Source: an uncultured Bacteroidales bacterium (GTDB lineage: Bacteria; Bacteroidota; Bacteroidia; Bacteroidales; Paludibacteraceae). Taken from it: a DNA stretch of 64,000 nt. The DNA lies in NCBI GenBank assembly GCA_900319035.1, contig ONMU01000004.1, forward strand, positions 29,531 through 93,530, read 5' to 3'. Shown here one piece after another: positions 62,722 through 64,000 of this stretch (its first letter is position 1; the number at the start of each line of letters is the position of its first letter). Under the pieces are notes generated by a model. It made no database searches. It was not told where the DNA came from and saw only the letters and a program-made list of their open reading frames with translations. The translations under genes were made by a program, and so were the position numbers.

Positions 62722-62801
62722 GATATTCATTATTAATTATTAATTATTAATTATTCATTATTAATTATTCATTATTAATTATTCATTATTCATTATTAAT
62801 T
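62722..62801. repeat. Heptamer tandem array ATTATTA / ATTATTC, about 11 units
   Basis: Read directly at 62729..62798 with partial units at both ends. It contains the stop and the last three codons (NNE*) of the sirtuin gene. Confidence 0.95.
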
Positions 62802-63481
62802 AACTTCTCCACGAGTTCGGGAACGCCTTCAGTGGCTTTTTTCTTAATATGGGTGATATGATCCGCCCAAACGCCGAACTCCGGTTGTCCCGGATCCACG
62901 AAATAGACAGGAATACCGGGTTTGGTATAGTGCAGCAGCGAGGCAGCGGGATAGACATTGAGACTCGTGCCTACGACGATCATGATGTCCGCGGTAGAAG
63001 CGATGCGGCATGCCTCGTCAAAATACGGCACACCTTCGCCAAAGAACACGATATACGGTCTCAATAACGAGCCATCGGGGTGTTTATCGCCGTAGTGCTG
63101 CTCCCAGCCCTCCAGAGGAACGGTAGCGGTCTCGTTGATAGAGGAGCGCAGTTTGGTGATCTCGCCATGGAGATGCACTACGTTCTTCGCCCCTGCTCGC
63201 TCGTGCAGGTCATCGATGTTCTGGGTGATGATCTGCGTATCAGGAAAAGCCTGTTGGAGCTTAGCGATCGCTATATGCGCAGCATTCGGCTGCGCTGCAA
63301 GGGCATCACGACGACGGTCGTTATAGAACTTGACGCATAACTGCGGGTTTCTCAACCACGCTTCATGCGTACACACATCTTCTACACGGTACTGCTCCCA
63401 GAGTCCATCACTGTCTCGGAAGGTACCAAGTCCGCTTTCGGCGCTCACTCCCGCACCGGTAAAAACAACGATCTTTTTCAT
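62786..63481 (-). CDS. Sir2-family NAD-dependent protein deacylase
   Basis: GAGVSAESGLGTFRD, QNIDDLHERAG, HLHGE and VVGTSLNVYPA motifs; 231 aa. Confidence 0.85.
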   Translation of the reverse strand: MKKIVVFTGAGVSAESGLGTFRDSDGLWEQYRVEDVCTHEAWLRNPQLCVKFYNDRRRDALAAQPNAAHIAIAKLQQAFPDTQIITQNIDDLHERAGAKNVVHLHGEITKLRSSINETATVPLEGWEQHYGDKHPDGSLLRPYIVFFGEGVPYFDEACRIASTADIMIVVGTSLNVYPAASLLHYTKPGIPVYFVDPGQPEFGVWADHITHIKKKATEGVPELVEKLINNE

Positions 63482-63505
63482 ATGACGTAGATTAAATTAC
63501 GGGCA

Positions 63506-63537
63506 CAAAGGTACTGCTTTTTTTTGATATACGCAAG
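63506..63537 (-). promoter_or_regulatory. Consensus promoter (-7 TACCTTTG, -33 CTTG, 20-nt spacer) for the sirtuin gene
   Basis: Plus-strand caaaggta at 63506..63513 and caag at 63534..63537. Confidence 0.6.
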
Positions 63538-63545
63538 GCTTTGGG

Positions 63546-63582
63546 CAAAAAAATCGCACATACGCTTTCACGTACATGCGAT
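63546..63582 (-). terminator. Rho-independent terminator after the right-edge surface-protein gene and small ORF
   Basis: Minus RNA AUCGCAUGUACG-ugaaag-CGUAUGUGCGAU forms a 12-bp stem with 2 G.U pairs, followed by UUUUUUUG. Confidence 0.75.
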
Positions 63583-63601
63583 TCTTCTCGTTCACTCGTT
63601 A

Positions 63602-63739
63602 TTAGAACACATCCGTTTTACGGCGTGGAGCACCATTAAAGTTGTCAGGAGGTGCGCTGGCAGGGCCGCTTAGGTACATCAATACTGAATTGTAGTTCTC
63701 CACACTCATTTGTGGAATTTCATATATTTTCTTTTTCAT
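63602..63739 (-). CDS. Possible 45-aa small protein (MKKKIYEIPQMSVENYNSVLMYLSGPASAPPDNFNGAPRRKTDVF)
   Basis: Below the ORF-track threshold and read by hand. ATG at 63739..63737 and TAA at 63604..63602. It lies between the upstream gene stop (63780) and the terminator (63546..63582). No motif recognised. Confidence 0.3.
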   Translation of the reverse strand: MKKKIYEIPQMSVENYNSVLMYLSGPASAPPDNFNGAPRRKTDVF

Positions 63740-63779
63740 AGGGCTATATTTTTTTCTAGTTGCTATAGTTTCTCTAGGA

Positions 63780-64000
63780 TTACTTAACTAACTGACCATC
63801 GATCGAGTAAACCTGATCGCCACGGATGATGAATACTTGATCGTTGATGATCACTTTCTTAATCTCGCCTTGTGCATCTACGACTGCTTCATCCACAGAA
63901 GTCGGGGTCATCGGCGATTTTGCCGCTGTACGCAAACCATAGGATGTACTCTCACCTTTCTCAAATGCATCCGTGTATGCACCATTAGATAGGTTCCAAA
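63780..64000 (-). CDS. 3' end of a secreted surface-protein gene (the N-terminus lies beyond the right edge)
   Basis: Hand translation ends ..VDAQGEIKKVIINDQVFIIRGDQVYSIDGQLVK* (stop at 63780..63782). This is the same C-terminal motif as in the 3121- and 3320-aa proteins. Confidence 0.65.
   Translation of the reverse strand, partial: WNLSNGAYTDAFEKGESTSYGLRTAAKSPMTPTSVDEAVVDAQGEIKKVIINDQVFIIRGDQVYSIDGQLVK

Noticed and set aside
62786-63481. The sirtuin gene as a defence-associated SIR2 effector (Thoeris, DSR or pAgo-linked).
   Set aside because: The protein is a small stand-alone deacylase type with complete Sir2 motifs and its own housekeeping-style promoter. It has no adjacent sensor or partner gene and normal GC content.

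Overview
This is a 64-kb chromosomal segment from a Bacteroidota (Bacteroidales-like) genome. I infer the lineage from near-universal -33 TTTG / -7 TAnnTTTG promoters, a GldJ-type lipoprotein gene and very large beta-rich surface proteins. All calls come from reading the sequence and ORF translations by hand. No searches or alignments were run.

Layout:
- (1) 1-4.1 kb holds the 5' part of a large surface-protein gene that is open at the left edge.
- (2) 4.1-11.4 kb is an AT-rich defence islet. It carries a RADAR-type pair (RdrA P-loop ATPase plus RdrB adenosine deaminase, TAAATG-coupled), an orphan 86-aa acidic ORF and a YhcG/DUF1016 PD-(D/E)xK nuclease. No integrase or transposase is present.
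- (3) 11.4-12.6 kb is non-coding. It contains two tandem, diverged promoter / ~330-nt / terminator modules (candidate ncRNAs) and composite tandem repeats.
- (4) 12.6-42.5 kb is a cell-surface super-locus on the minus strand. It starts with a four-gene operon (beta-barrel, OmpA-family protein, then paralogous 1074-aa and 1100-aa proteins). Two giant modular genes of 3121 and 3320 aa follow, each with its own promoter and terminator.
- (5) 42.7-63.5 kb is housekeeping: gcvH, gldJ-like, folP, cdaA, metG, tRNA(CAU), priA, tdk, comF, Dcu transporter, uxaB-uxaA, Nif3, Zn-ribbon protein, CPBP protease and a sirtuin.
- (6) At the right edge are the 3' end of another large secreted protein and a 45-aa ORF.

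The recurring unexplained signal is a family of 7- and 8-nt word tandem arrays at many gene junctions. Different loci share exact 16-21-nt strings, sometimes in opposite orientation. The most interesting items are the RADAR islet with its palindromes and orphan ORF, the duplicated ncRNA-like modules, the word-repeat family and the surface-protein super-locus.
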